A stretch of DNA of 64,000 nt from Octopus sinensis. Taxonomy: Eukaryota. The notes under the pieces were generated by a model. That model had not been told where the DNA came from. It was given only the letters and a program-made list of their open reading frames with translations, and did not search any database. Both the position numbers and the translations under genes were made by a program. Below, piece after piece: positions 38,990 through 51,724 of this stretch; position 1 is the stretch's first letter, and every line of letters starts with the position of its first letter. The stretch covers positions 175,460,001-175,524,000 of the forward strand of contig NC_042997.1 of assembly GCF_006345805.1 (NCBI RefSeq). Reading direction: 5' to 3'.

Positions 38990-39540
38990 ACACACTTTTT
39001 CTCTCTCTCTCTCTCCTTTTTTTTTCTCCTCTCTCTATCCTCCTTTCTCTTCTCTCTATCTCTCCCCTTCCTTATTTCTCTTTTTCTTTCTCTCTAACTT
39101 TCTCTCTCTCTCTCTCTTTCTAACTCCCTTTTTTCTCCCCACTCTTTATTCTATTTCTCTTTGATTGTCATAGACTCCTCCATTTTCTCCTTCAATATTT
39201 TTTCCCTAACATTTTTCTATTTCTAGCTTTGATTATTTTTCTCCTCTCTCTCACTCTCATTTCCTCCTCCTTTTTTTGCCTTCCATTTCCACTTCACTTT
39301 TATATTATTATCTTGCTGTTCTGCCCCACCCACTTCTCTCTATCTTTCTTTATCTCTTCTATCCGATAGTCTTTTTATTTTAGCTACCTCTATGTGTCTG
39401 CCCTCCCTCTCTCTCTCTCTCACACACTTTTTCTCTTTCTCCCACTAATATGTCTCTCTTACTCTCTCTCCCCCTCTCTTTCTGTCTCTCATTGTATACC
39501 TCCTCCCTTTCTATTATTTTTCTTTATCTCCCCCCACCCT
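38990..39540 (+). repeat. Long CT-rich polypyrimidine tract
   Basis: About 550 bp dominated by C and T, with (CT)n blocks. Confidence 0.92.
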
Positions 39541-39956
39541 GTCTCACTCTGCCATAAATATCCACAAGAAACTGTTGTCACCACGGACGGCCTGCATAGT
39601 TTATTCTCTATGTTATCTCATTCCTTATGATATCATTTATTGGTCAACAACAGCAAGGCCGCCACACTGTCCTCTTGTGCACTAATAACGATGGACAGTC
39701 TTTTCAGTATCGGGGACATTTTTTTCAACAATTGAAGTTAACTTGACACTCGCCCATTCACAAACAAGACAGTTTGACTTTACGTTGCGGGGGTTTCCCC
39801 CGACCCTAACAACCCACACACCACATAGCCTCGATGTGTTTTTTCTTAAATATTTTTTTTTTGTTATTATTACCTCTATGAATACTTCCACAATCCACTT
39901 CGGTTGTCAATACCGCTTTGTATTCGACTAAATAACATCTACATTAGTACTAAATA

Positions 39957-39989
<33 letters not shown>

Positions 39990-40078
39990 CATATATACAT
40001 ATATATATACAGGGACAGAGAATACACTTGTTACTTAATTATATACGGATATAAAGTTTGTCTTAATCAATCACATGT

Positions 40079-40141
40079 ATGGATCTAAATAGAAGATTAC
40101 ATCGTCCAGAGCCAGCTGATGGTGACGATCTGTTGGTGGAG
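40079..40141 (+). other. 3' part of a putative first exon with a short ATG-initiated frame (MDLNRRLHRPEPADGDDLLVE)
   Basis: Consensus donor GAG|GTAAGT, 21 open codons from ATG at 40079, located in the CpG-rich zone. The true exon start is unknown. Confidence 0.5.
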
Positions 40142-41063
40142 GTAAGTAACAAAATTTGAGGAAATCAGTTGTGCAACTTTCGAAATTTCCCCTTAATCTC
40201 TTATCTTTTTATTTATATATATATCTACCAGCGGCGTGTGTGGTTGGTACGTTGCACACCCACTAAAAATCTAATTCATAAATTCACTCGAAAATACGAT
40301 CTTGATGGGGGGGGGGAACTGATTTTTACTGATTCCCGTTTTGAAATATGACTGTTGTTGGTTCTGAGATAAGTTGTTTAACGCTCCACACTTAACTGCA
40401 TTAGGGTTGAGCGACCTTCATACATCCCGTGTTCGTTAGGTTTGAAAATGTTTTTATCCCAATCTGATTGTCCCTAGTGTGTAACTCTGTCCTTGCTGTA
40501 TCGTAGTATAACCTGGTCGTATAATACGTTTTCAAATCTGGTACTACACACTCAGAAGCGAAGATTGTTATGTTTATTTCTGTATGATATTCATCTCAGA
40601 GTATTAATAGGTTCAGTAAAGTGTACACTCTATGACAGTAACCACCATGCGCGTCTGATCTGTCCATTTACCTGTGTCTCCTTGTCTAGTATACCCGTCA
40701 GTGTGTGTGTGTATGTTTATATATGAATGTATATATGGCAAACTTACGACATCGCCATATATATGTATGTATATGTGTATGTGTATATCCGTTTGTCTGT
40801 CGTGGTTGGCCCCTCTGTGTTTAGCCCCTTGTGGGTAGTAAAGAAATATATATGTGTGTGTGTGTATACACCACACACACACATACCTATCTGTTTACTT
40901 ATATGTTTTATCGATACTAAACACAGAACATTATCCAATATTTCAAACTGAAACGCAGTATATATAGATAATACATACAAACGAGGAATTAATAATACTC
41001 GATCTGCAAATACGATTGAATAAAATTAAGCGGGATCTTCTCTGTCTTTCTTCCTTTTTTCAG

Positions 41064-41122
41064 GATATCGATAAAGTTGTGTTGCTTCTATTAAAGTTTG
41101 TGATATTATAATTATACCCAAT
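41064..41122 (+). other. Putative second exon, closed in all three frames (5' UTR-like)
   Basis: Very strong acceptor TCTTCTCTGTCTTTCTTCCTTTTTTCAG and donor T|GTAAGC. Confidence 0.5.
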
Positions 41123-44100
41123 GTAAGCAGTCTCTTTGAGATTAGCATCACCACCACCACATCATCACAGTTGTCATTTCAGTAACCTCAATGGACACTC
41201 ATTGATAAATCAATAACGCACTGGCAAAATATAATCAAGTTATTCCTTGTGATCTGAAACCACGACCCGGTTTATTTATTTATTAAATTCCTAGTTATAG
41301 CCATTTCATTTCTCCTATTTCATTATCATCTCTCATTAATTCATGTCCCTTAAAAATATCTGATATAAGAAATCAATTAAATGATATTATCTGTTTTTAA
41401 TTAAGAGCTGAACATTTTGACGTAGGTGGTATTTGATCGTGATATTAATCAATTTAGCTAAGTTGATGACATTGCTTTTCTTCGTTCAGGATCAATAAAA
41501 TAATGCATAAAGTTATTCGTATTGATCATACCCTACCCCTTACAAGTGCAAATAAGAATGAACCTATTGCCCAGTCACAAAAAGTCGAATTGTTATACTG
41601 AATATTGCAGTGTTATTTTCACTTATATGAAAATTTTCAGTAAATTTTCTTGTTTGATTTCTTAATTTCCTACGACTGGACCAAAAATAGTTTAGAATTG
41701 CCAAACTGAAGATCAGATCATCTATAATTGTAATTATCATCATCATTGTTGGAGGTGTGTGTATGTAAGTAAGTACTAGCGTGACACTGAACTTGCTTTT
41801 GAGTACTTTATGGAATTCTACTCGCATAAAGTTTTATATGTAGTTTAAAAATAATTAGTCATTTCAGATTGTTTTGTCATAGTTATATTATTGCTGTCCT
41901 CATAGTACTTTCAGCAATTGTTAGTGTGCCGGACAAATTACATTCACTCATTCAAATCCCGCCGAGGTCAACTTTTAACTTTCATTAAAGTACTAAGTCG
42001 ATATACGTTCCTGTGAAGCAGCTTCGGTGTGAATGAAATTTATATTAAAAAGACTGAAGCTATGTAGTCCTTTCCTCCACTCCCACCTGCAAAAAAAATT
42101 TGTGTGTCCTACTATTTAACCTCTGGGGACGATAGACACTAGTCCTTGTACTGGATCAGATTTAATGGAATATACTCTGTCCTGCCCTAAAATTGCGAGA
42201 ACTTGTACATCTGTTAGAAATCATTGCTGTAAAAGTGGTTTAGTAGACGTGACTGAAAAGTGACGCCGAATCTTTTTACAATGAAATCTACCGCCCTTCC
42301 TTCATTGTTGTTTAGCCCTAGGTCAGCCCTTAATGGGCAGACCTGTGATTAGAAGCATTCTAGCCAATACCATTTGTTTTATATTATACATATATTTATT
42401 TAGGACTAACTTGTCCAATGCAACTTCTCCTTTTAAATAGTAGGGTGTGCATTGATAGAATTTGACTGCTATTTCTAGCAGGTCGAGCAACAACGTAGAG
42501 GCTGTCATTGAATAATTTGGTTGTTGTTAAACCTCAAGTTGGCCGTGGTTAAGATGTTTTATGATCGAAAATGTTCCACCTGTGATCGTCCCGTCTTCCT
42601 TCCCCTCGTGCTTCAGACTACATCATACAATGTCTCCTTCCCCCCGCCTTTTTTTATTTTTGATTTTGTATGAGATTTGATTACTATTTCCAGCAAATCG
42701 AGCGAATACGTTGGCTCAAAGTATATCGAGTGGATGTCAAGTAGTTCATTCAAAAGTTTTTTTTCTGGGCTGTTTTTGGAGGAAATTTGAATTGTTCAAT
42801 GGCTCGAAATGTTTTAATTCTTTCCATATCGCTGTCTCCCTTTCTCTTCAATTTTTTAATTTTTTTATTTTGGTGGGTTTGGGGGGGATGTCATATATTC
42901 CATGACTTATTTTTCATATATTGCGTTATTTTTAGAACAATTAAAGATACATTTTTGTTGTTAACCTAATACTGACTGCTGCCACTGGTTGGGTGAAGAA
43001 GGGGGAAAAAAAACAATAACATAAGGCAACAAATGCAAACCCGAAGTGGGTCGGACTGCATGTTAGAGGACCCCTCCCCGATCATTGTGAAAGTTCTTGA
43101 TAAATTGGATTGTTTGGTTAACTCTGCTCTAAATAACAATTTTTTTTTTGTTTTGCTTGTCGTCTTTTTGCACTACATTATAACTATCAACTAACCGTCT
43201 GCGAGAGAAATATTGTTTACATTAATCAAATCAGCTGAAGAACTAATTAAATAGGACTATGAAGACAAAAAAAGTACTGAGTTGACTGAATATGTTATAT
43301 TCAATATCTACTTATAAAAACTTCATTACTGTTATGCTCAAAAACTTCATTACTTGAGAGAGGCGGGGTATCAAAAAGCTGGGCGAATCAATCACATAAC
43401 AGAAGTCTGTGTCATTTTATCGACATCGTTGATGTATGGGAGAGGGGAACAGTTGCAAAATCGGGTCGATTATTGAATGCATGTGTGTGTCTTTTAGTTT
43501 AAGCATTCGTTTCGACTGAAAATTTGTTGAATTTTCTGTAAAAAAGACTTCAGAGGTGCTGGTCTGTGTTAAGAGGAAGTTTAAAAACTGTAGGTCAAGA
43601 TGGACGCTGAGGATGATTAATTAATTAGTATTTACTATTGACACATATATATATACATGTGTTTGTTTATGTGTGCGTTGTCTTCATCCACAATAAATTG
43701 TATTTGTTTGTATTTAGTCAAACAAATTCGTTCTTCTTTCTCCGCTACTTTTTAAATCAATAATGGTTCTTTTATTATTTCTTTAATATCATTTAGTAAA
43801 CAACTTCAGTAATAAATAGGAATAATCAAAATAATCATCCTCCACTTTGATTATTAAGAGGTTTCCGTCCGTCTGTTAAGCTAGACATAAACTTCAGTTG
43901 TATTCGTAGAAAAGAATAATGCTGATATCAGCCCCATTCTTTCTTCAGACATTTTGTCTTCTACAGATAGACGTAGTGACGGCAACTACTGGTTGTTGAT
44001 GTTTTTGTCCCGGGTCAGGCTGAATTGCAGAACTATGATCAGAGGCATTTAGCCGTGACTGTACCACCTCTATTTTCTCTAGACATATTTTGGGCTACAT

Positions 44101-44370
44101 TATCCAATGTTTTTCTCTGCAAAGACACGGTGTGGTTTGAGGGAGACTTGGCTGATATTTTAAGTCCCTCGAAGAGACCCCACTTGTTGATTGTAGTAAA
44201 TATTAACTGAGGTAAGAAAGATACAGTTAGATTCGTAGTGGAACTTTATCACTCCTCTTCTTAAAATTCACCTCTGCTATCATGAAGGTTGAGGTTTTTC
44301 CATATGTAAAGCAAAATTTCACCTTAAAAGTCAGGTCACTAACAACGCTTCAAAGCAAATATTTTTGTAG

Positions 44371-44457
44371 CGAAGGTAAAGAATACGCACACCACTCGTT
44401 TTCGGCGTAACAAAAAGCCTAACCCTAAACACTGGGTGTGCGTATTCTTTATCTTCG
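44371..44457. repeat. Short inverted repeat (about 23-bp arms) around a CCTAACCCTAA-containing spacer
   Basis: CGAAGGTAAAGAATACGCACACC / GGTGTGCGTATTCTTTATCTTCG, one mismatch. Confidence 0.85.
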
Positions 44458-45773
44458 TCTGTTTTTGTATTTGATGCATGTTGTTTAGATTTAGGTCAAC
44501 CCCGATAATATAAGTTTGTAATCAAAAGTATCGTTGCCATGACTGTCCTGTCTTCTTAGTTGGTTTTTTGTTTCCACATAGTTATCTAGGGATCGGATAC
44601 GTCTTTTTTAAGGGAGGTTTGGTTGCTATTGTTTGCAGATCGAACACCCACAATGCGGTTACTCGTTGTCTGGTCTTAGGTTTTCTTTTCTTATATGTCC
44701 ACTATGTATTTATCTTGACCTAATTCTACAATGTCTGTGTACTACCTGCCATTATCTCAATAACATTTCTCCATTCATTTCACATTGTCCTACCTATATC
44801 TATTTCACCGATTTACATTTGATATATATCAACCTTAAATTCGTGCTGGCTGTCCAATGAATCAACTCATTTTCTCAGTATTTACATTTTCAGATCCACT
44901 GATCATATTTCTTTGTCACGCATTACCCCTATTTTGGTTGGGTACAGACCAAAATCAAAATACCATCACACAAGACAAAAGTTCATTTTTATAAGTGTGA
45001 GCATTAATTAAGACTCTTCTCCTCCATTAATATTCATTGGAGTTAGTCCTCAGGTACATCCTTCATAGGGTCCTATCAGAAGCAACAGTCAAACTGTTAT
45101 ACTTTCATTTTAGACACCCCAGCATAACCAACAGAGGCTATGGATATTATCCAGTCATCCCCAGCATGACCAACAGAGGCTGTGGATATTATCCAATCAT
45201 CTTATACTCTTAGTTTATCCCTAATTCTTCTGCCAGTTGGCTCAGTTTGAAAAATGATTTGCGATCCTTTCCTATGACATTCTAACCACAGAGGTCACAG
45301 CTCCATATTTTTTGAGCTATGGCTTCTCAGTGAAGAGAAGTAACATTACTCTAGTGTTCCTTTGGAGGCACCCCTTTTCACTCAGCCACTTGTAGTCATA
45401 CTTTTTCAGCTTATTACCGAATATTCACGACCATAGGTGAGGATAGGCATGCAAACCAAATACTTAAATGATAGCATTTTTTTTTTTACCAGCCTCTCCT
45501 TTTCTGAGGATCAAATGCTGGAGCAGGCACATTAATATTCATGCATCTAATTCAGCCTCCTGCTTCCTGTTACTCATAGATATTACTCTCAGGGTACTTA
45601 GATTTCTCCATTTGACTTAGTAGTGTTTCACTATCATGCCTTAATTTCTATTATGTTTATGTCTGGCTTGTCCTCTTGCACTGGTTGTTATTGCTGTTTA
45701 ACCTTTAAATCATTATGATCAAGTAACCCTATTATGAGACATTCAAACCATGACCATCCCATGTTTTACCTTG

Positions 45774-45817
<44 letters not shown>

Positions 45818-46332
45818 AGAATCAGTGTGTCCCTTCTCTAAGACTGGACAGTGTGATTTGAGTGAGCTTTAGCTGCTAATTCTTAGGTCAACCAACTGGA
45901 TATAGGTTCCCGTCATGAGAACCTTTATCTTAGTAAGTACAAGATAACTATTACTTGATAATCATTATCAAGCAATAGCCCATAATCTGCTGGCTTGTAT
46001 TAAGTGTTCCAACTGTTATTAGCACTTAGTTCCTCTTCTGTTATTTGTTGCTTCTATCACTTCAGTGTAATGTGTCTTAAGTTTTGTGAGATGCTGGTTG
46101 TGTAATGTTTATGGTACCGAGCTACTTACTGACCACAGCATCAGTCTTCAGTTCTCTAAGAAAGATTATTTTGATGTCCATTTTCCATGCTTGCATGGGT
46201 CAGATAGAATTTCATTGAGGCAGATTTTCTACAGCTGGATGCCCTTCCTGTCACCAACCCCAACCCTCACCTATTTCCAAGTAAGGATATATTTCCCCAC
46301 ACACACATGTATGTATATATATATATATATCA

Positions 46333-46617
46333 TCGTGACCGACCAGGCTATCAGATGTTACTACACATTGCTGGTCGGAATGTGCTTCACATTGTTTTAG
46401 CCTTCAAATGACGCCACCCTGCTGGATAAGCAAGCAGGCCAACAGAAGAAAGAGTGAGAGAAAGTTGTGGCGAAAGAGTACAGCAGGGATCGCTACCACC
46501 CCCTGCTAGAGCATCGTGGAGCTTTAGGTATTTTCGCTCAATAAACACTCACAACGCCCAGTCTGGAAATTGAAACCGCGAGTCTGCTGCCCTAACCACT
46601 GGGCCATTGCGCCTCCA
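46333..46617 (-). mobile_element. tRNA-headed SINE (family D)
   Basis: The minus strand begins GGAGGCGCAATGGCCCAGTGGTTAGGGCAGCAGACTCGCGGTTTCAATTTCC, with A- and B-box-like motifs. Confidence 0.8.
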
Positions 46618-49484
46618 CATGTATATATATGACAGATGACAGGTTTCCTAAATCTATTCGCTAGGATTTGGTCACCCCAGGGTTGCAATAGAAGATATAT
46701 GCCCAAGGTGCCACACAGTGGGATTGAACCTAGAACCATGTGGTTGGGAAGCAAACTTCTTACCACACAGCTACACCTGTGCCTGCTTAGTAATTGAAAA
46801 TTTTTTTTATATTTATTTGTCTATTTAATAGGAATGGGATAATTTTATATATTGGGGAGAAGAGTTCCATATTGTTGGAAGAATTGTTTTCCAAAGATTT
46901 CCTTCTTACTGCTTAAAGATTAGAGCTGTTTATATACTGAAAACACTGAAACTAATAGTAGTCTGCTTCAATCAGTAACATCAGAAAATAATTGTCATAA
47001 GATTTGTATTTATGATCATGTAATTAGTATTGCAATGCTGTTAATGTCATGCTAATGTTCTTCAAATGACTTTATTGATTTTTGCCTAATTCAAAGAAAA
47101 ATTTTTAAGATTAAGCTTGTGAACTTAAAATTAAATAGGTAACCTTTTTACATGGTTTAGTTAATAACCTTTATAAGCTCTCCAATTTGGTAAAAGATTG
47201 ACATGGTTTATATTCAGCTTAAACATCTGTTAGTCAATATGTGTAAGAAAAAAAAATGGGTTGGGGAGAGAATTCTACAGGGTTGGCATACTGGGATGAA
47301 AGAAACGAGCCTGATAGTTCATATGAAGTCTTAGGCAATGAGACACAGTAGGGTTGATGAAAGGAGGAGAGGCAAGCATTTTCAAGTCTTTCAGGTGAAG
47401 ATGGTTTGTAACTAGCTGGTTCAGAGGAGCAGAAGTCATGGAAGTAGTAATAAAATAAGCAGGGAGAGAAAATAGTATGTCTGTAGGCTTGAAGTTGTGT
47501 GTTAATGAGACAGACTTCATTAATTTATTGGATGGCTCTCTTTCAAATATCATGCAGGATGTTTTTATTTGTAGCGACAAGACTTTCCGATATGAGAGCA
47601 ATACTTCATCATGGCTCTTGAGTTATATTCCTACTTCCTATTCATTTTATTATAAAACAGACTGGACAGTAAGCAGGAAAGAATTTGCCCAAATCGCTAC
47701 ATTCTACCCCCAGTGATAAACTACAGCATGTCATTGTTGCATAGCAAGGTTTTCAGCTAGATTGTGTCTATAAACCAGAAGCAATGAATCTCCTTGATCA
47801 GAGCTGATCATGAGATAACCAACAGTATTATCATCATTAAGGTGGTAAACTGGCAGAGTTACTAATGCCAGACAAAATGCTTTGGGGCATTTCTTCTGGC
47901 TCTTTAAGTTCTGAATTTAAATTCCCCCAAGGTTGACTTAACCTTTCATCCTTTGGGGGTCAATAAAATATGTGCCCCTTGAGCACTGGGGTTGATGTAT
48001 TCAACTAACTTTCTTCCCCTACATTTCAGGCCTTATGCCTACAGTAAAAAGAATTGCTATTTGGGTACTTTTGTAACCTTTGATATGGCAGGGTAATCCA
48101 GGCCTTTGTGTAGTGTTTTACCTGAATTCCTCTAGAAAGTCTCCCTCCTCATCATTGGGGAACTTGGTGAAATTTTGTTATTTCTTTATTTTTGTTGACT
48201 TCTTTTTGTTTGATGTACCCTCATTTTTGTGTCTTGTATTTAGTCCTCTATGTCTACGGCCCTTGTGGCTAATATATTTTGCAATGTTTCTTCCAACACT
48301 TTAAATTCTGAATCCAAATCCTGCCAAAGTCAACTTTGTCTTTTGTCCTTTCAGGGTCGATAAAAATAAAGTACTAGTCCAAACACTGAGGTCATAACTG
48401 ACTAACTTCCTTTCCCAAAATTACTGACCTTTTTCCTAAATTAGAAACAATTACCATTGTTATCAGGGCGATAGAATGGCAAAATCGTTAAAGTGCCAGT
48501 TAAACTACCTTACAGGATTTGTTCTTACTTTTTTTAGTTCAAATTTACTCTGAAGTCATCTTTGTCTTTCATCCTTCTGGAGGTGTCAATAAATTAAAAC
48601 ACTAGAATTGATGTAATTAACTAAGCTCCTCCCCCTTAAAATGGCTGGCCTTTTGCCTCAAATTAGAAACAATTATTTTTTTATTTTATTTTTTTCTCTG
48701 TGTATGTGCATGTATGCAAAGTTTGTGTGAAGCAATGTGTATCTAGTTTCATACTGCTTCATGCTAAAGCTTTAGTCAGGAAAATAATCTGATGTGTTAT
48801 TGAGACAGAGACAATATAATAAAATGAAATATATGTATAGATGGCTGTTTGGTTTTAGTTTTCTCTCAGGTGTACACTGACTTGTGTAATGACCCATTAC
48901 TTCCGATGTACTGTAGTGTGATGGTTCAATGATGATTGATGTAGATTAGATTTCATTTTAGCCTTTGCTGAAAACATGACAAAGATGAATATTTTTACAG
49001 AAATCAGTTTTTTTTTTTTATTTATTATTGTAAGTTGTAATCATTGCAGGAGAAATTTTGACTTTTGGTTCTTAATTACCCTTGTGGTTTAGTGATCAAA
49101 AAATGCCAAACATCTACAGCACCCCTTTTTTTTTATAGTTGAAAAAGATTTTTTATTGGTTAAAAAGAATTTAAAAGCATGGGAAAAAGTCAAGCAAAAT
49201 TTAAAATTCTTTGCAACCGATTTTCTGTGGTTGGATGCCCTTCCTATTGCCAACCCTCACCTGTTTCCAAGCTGAGTAGTATTTCCCCATGGCCAGACAT
49301 GTTTTGGCAGAAGATTGGAAACAAACTATACTACCTGCAGTGTCAAGACACACACACACCCTTTAAAACAATAATTTTCTAATAAAGACACAAAAATGTT
49401 TTTAATGAGTGTCATTCATACGTTTCAGAGTTATTTTGTAAGGAGAAGGTGTATATGTATGTATGTATGTGTGTGTGTGTGTAT

Positions 49485-49553
<69 letters not shown>

Positions 49554-50045
49554 ATAAAATATCAAACTAAACACTTGTAAGTGTATATCATGCACTGACA
49601 TTTATACTTATTTGCCTGACATTTATACTTATTTATATTGACTTTAGTAGATAGAATAAAAAAACGAGTTGATTGTAATAATTTGAGGAGTTATAGTGAA
49701 AAGGACATGGCTGTGGTTGTTACTGTTGTTGCTTAACCTCAGGTTTGCTTCACCCACAGTCCTATGTCCCTTTCACTGATCTTAACAACAATCTGCTACC
49801 TTCCTTGATTTGTCTTCTGCTTTCCTTAACCACAATCCTCAATCTTTCGTCACCATGGCCCCCTGTCTTCCTTGATTAGTCTTCTGTCTTCTTTATCGCA
49901 ATGGCTATTGTTTGTGTGTATGCACACACATACACAGGATGTCCATAAATTATCTTTACAACTTTCACAATTTGTCATTTGGATGTGTTATGTGCAACCA
50001 AAGAACCCCATATGGAAGTGTTTTGATGTTTTTCATAAAACTTCT

Positions 50046-50204
50046 GCCTGGAATCGAACTCGGAATCTTAAGCACTCCTAACTACTTTGGAATCTTAAGC
50101 CCGCACTCTTAACCACTACACCATATGTCCATGGGGCAATTATGGAGTGAATTTTAGGGCTTATAAATCTAATATTTTCCTATCCTTCCTTAAATATAGA
50201 ACTG
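50046..50204 (-). mobile_element. tRNA-like head plus terminal inverted repeat of the composite hammerhead element
   Basis: The minus strand has TGGTGTAGTGG (A box) and GAGTTCGATTCC (B box). 50189-50204 CTTAAATATAGAACTG is the exact reverse complement of 13632-13647. Confidence 0.7.
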
Positions 50205-50664
50205 GATAAACATGAATTGTAAATATGGAGAGTTGGAAGAAAACAAGCTTTTTTGATAAGATGAGTTTTCTTAATTCTTTATTTGGAAAAATCATTGAAT
50301 TGTGTTTTCCAGTCTAACTATACTTTGTGTGATAGTGAAATATGGACATCTAATACTGAAGGTCATTTTTCATCAAAATATTCCAACTGCAATCATTCCA
50401 TCTTCTTGGGGTGTATTTAGGACTACATTATCTCATATGCCTATTTTAAGATGATTAAGTAAGATTTGGTTCCTATTTCTAGCAGGGCAAGTGACTACTT
50501 AGATATTCTTATTTGGTTCATGTATAACATGAACTTGAGATAGACGAATTGTATATGAGTTGAAAACATATCTCTCAAAGAACTGATCGGCTGTCTGTCT
50601 GAAGAGTTTGTGTTGTTGCAACTGTTTGGTTCAGGAAGAGAGGGCAGTACCCATATCCTTCACA

Positions 50665-50910
50665 ACTGTGGTCCCCCACCCTTTTAAGCCACAGACCGGT
50701 TTCATGCAAGAACTGGGACGAATCAATCACATAGCAAAACACAAAGTGCATGATATTTAATTTAAATATTACATATATAACTCACACATAATGTGAAACC
50801 ACCTTGCAAACTGCATTGGTCAATAAAATACAAATAAAATTTTAAAATGTTTTCTTTCTGTGCAACCCAATACTAAATGATACTGGTTGTCTGATGGTTG
50901 GGGACCCCTG
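50665..50910. mobile_element. Probable hAT-type MITE
   Basis: GGTCCCCCACC...GGTTGGGGACCCCTG ends, with GCCACAGACCGG near the left end. Confidence 0.5.
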
Positions 50911-51724
50911 CCTTACAGGGCCTGTTAGATTGATTGGGTTGATGCAGTTGATGTTGGGTGGGGTTAGGTAAGTAGAGCTTCTGAGGATTGTTGTTCTGGG
51001 GCATATGGAGTAAGCAGAATATTTAGTATAGTGTTCAGGGAGTCAGACACAATATGGATGTCATGGGGAAAAGAAGTATGCTTGAGTGGGGTACTTACTC
51101 TATAGTTAAGTACCAAGGAACTAAAACCATTGTAATTTCAACAGAGGAGGCAAAGAACATATCATATTAGTTTGCTAGTACATTCTTTGTTGGTTTATGA
51201 GTGAAAGCTTGTCCATCAGTCAGCTGTCCTTTGACTGGGAGGCAGGAATGTAGTCTGAAATATGCGTTTATGTCATAACTGTCCCAGCTATGTGGGCCGC
51301 ATTTACTCTGAGATAAAGTAGTTACTCTAGACTTTGGAGTGTTCTTGGTAGGATTAAAACTTTATGACCAATCTCCTAGTGTGAGTGAAATATAGGTTCT
51401 AAACCGATGATGGTACACAATTCTAACAGGAATAATAATTTCTGTAACAATAACAAAAGCAATGTTATCAAATAACCAAATAATTATGAAGTTATGATTT
51501 GCTTCAAGTCAGTAGTCAGAAAGTCTGGCAAATCTTTCATTGTGTATCATATTAGTGTTAATTACGGTAGAAAATGGATACTTATTGATTTCTGTAGATT
51601 CATTATCTTCTGTTTCTATAGTGACTAGAAATAAGATTTTATCAAAATCTGGTGGCCAGTGTAATTGGATTCTCTTTATCAAAACTATTAGGGAAAAGAG
51701 ACTTAAGTGGCACTGTTCTGTTCT

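Larger units (their letters stand above)
37680..44600. promoter_or_regulatory. CpG-retaining, SINE-poor zone; putative (bidirectional) promoter region
   Basis: CG dinucleotides are visibly frequent in unique sequence compared with the depleted flanks (not counted). Outward-facing donors at 39547 (minus) and 40142 (plus). TATCGATA at 40909 and 41066. Confidence 0.55.

Noticed and set aside
50920-51420. Possible Penelope RT/GIY-YIG relic
   Set aside because: No diagnostic motif could be read in any frame I checked.
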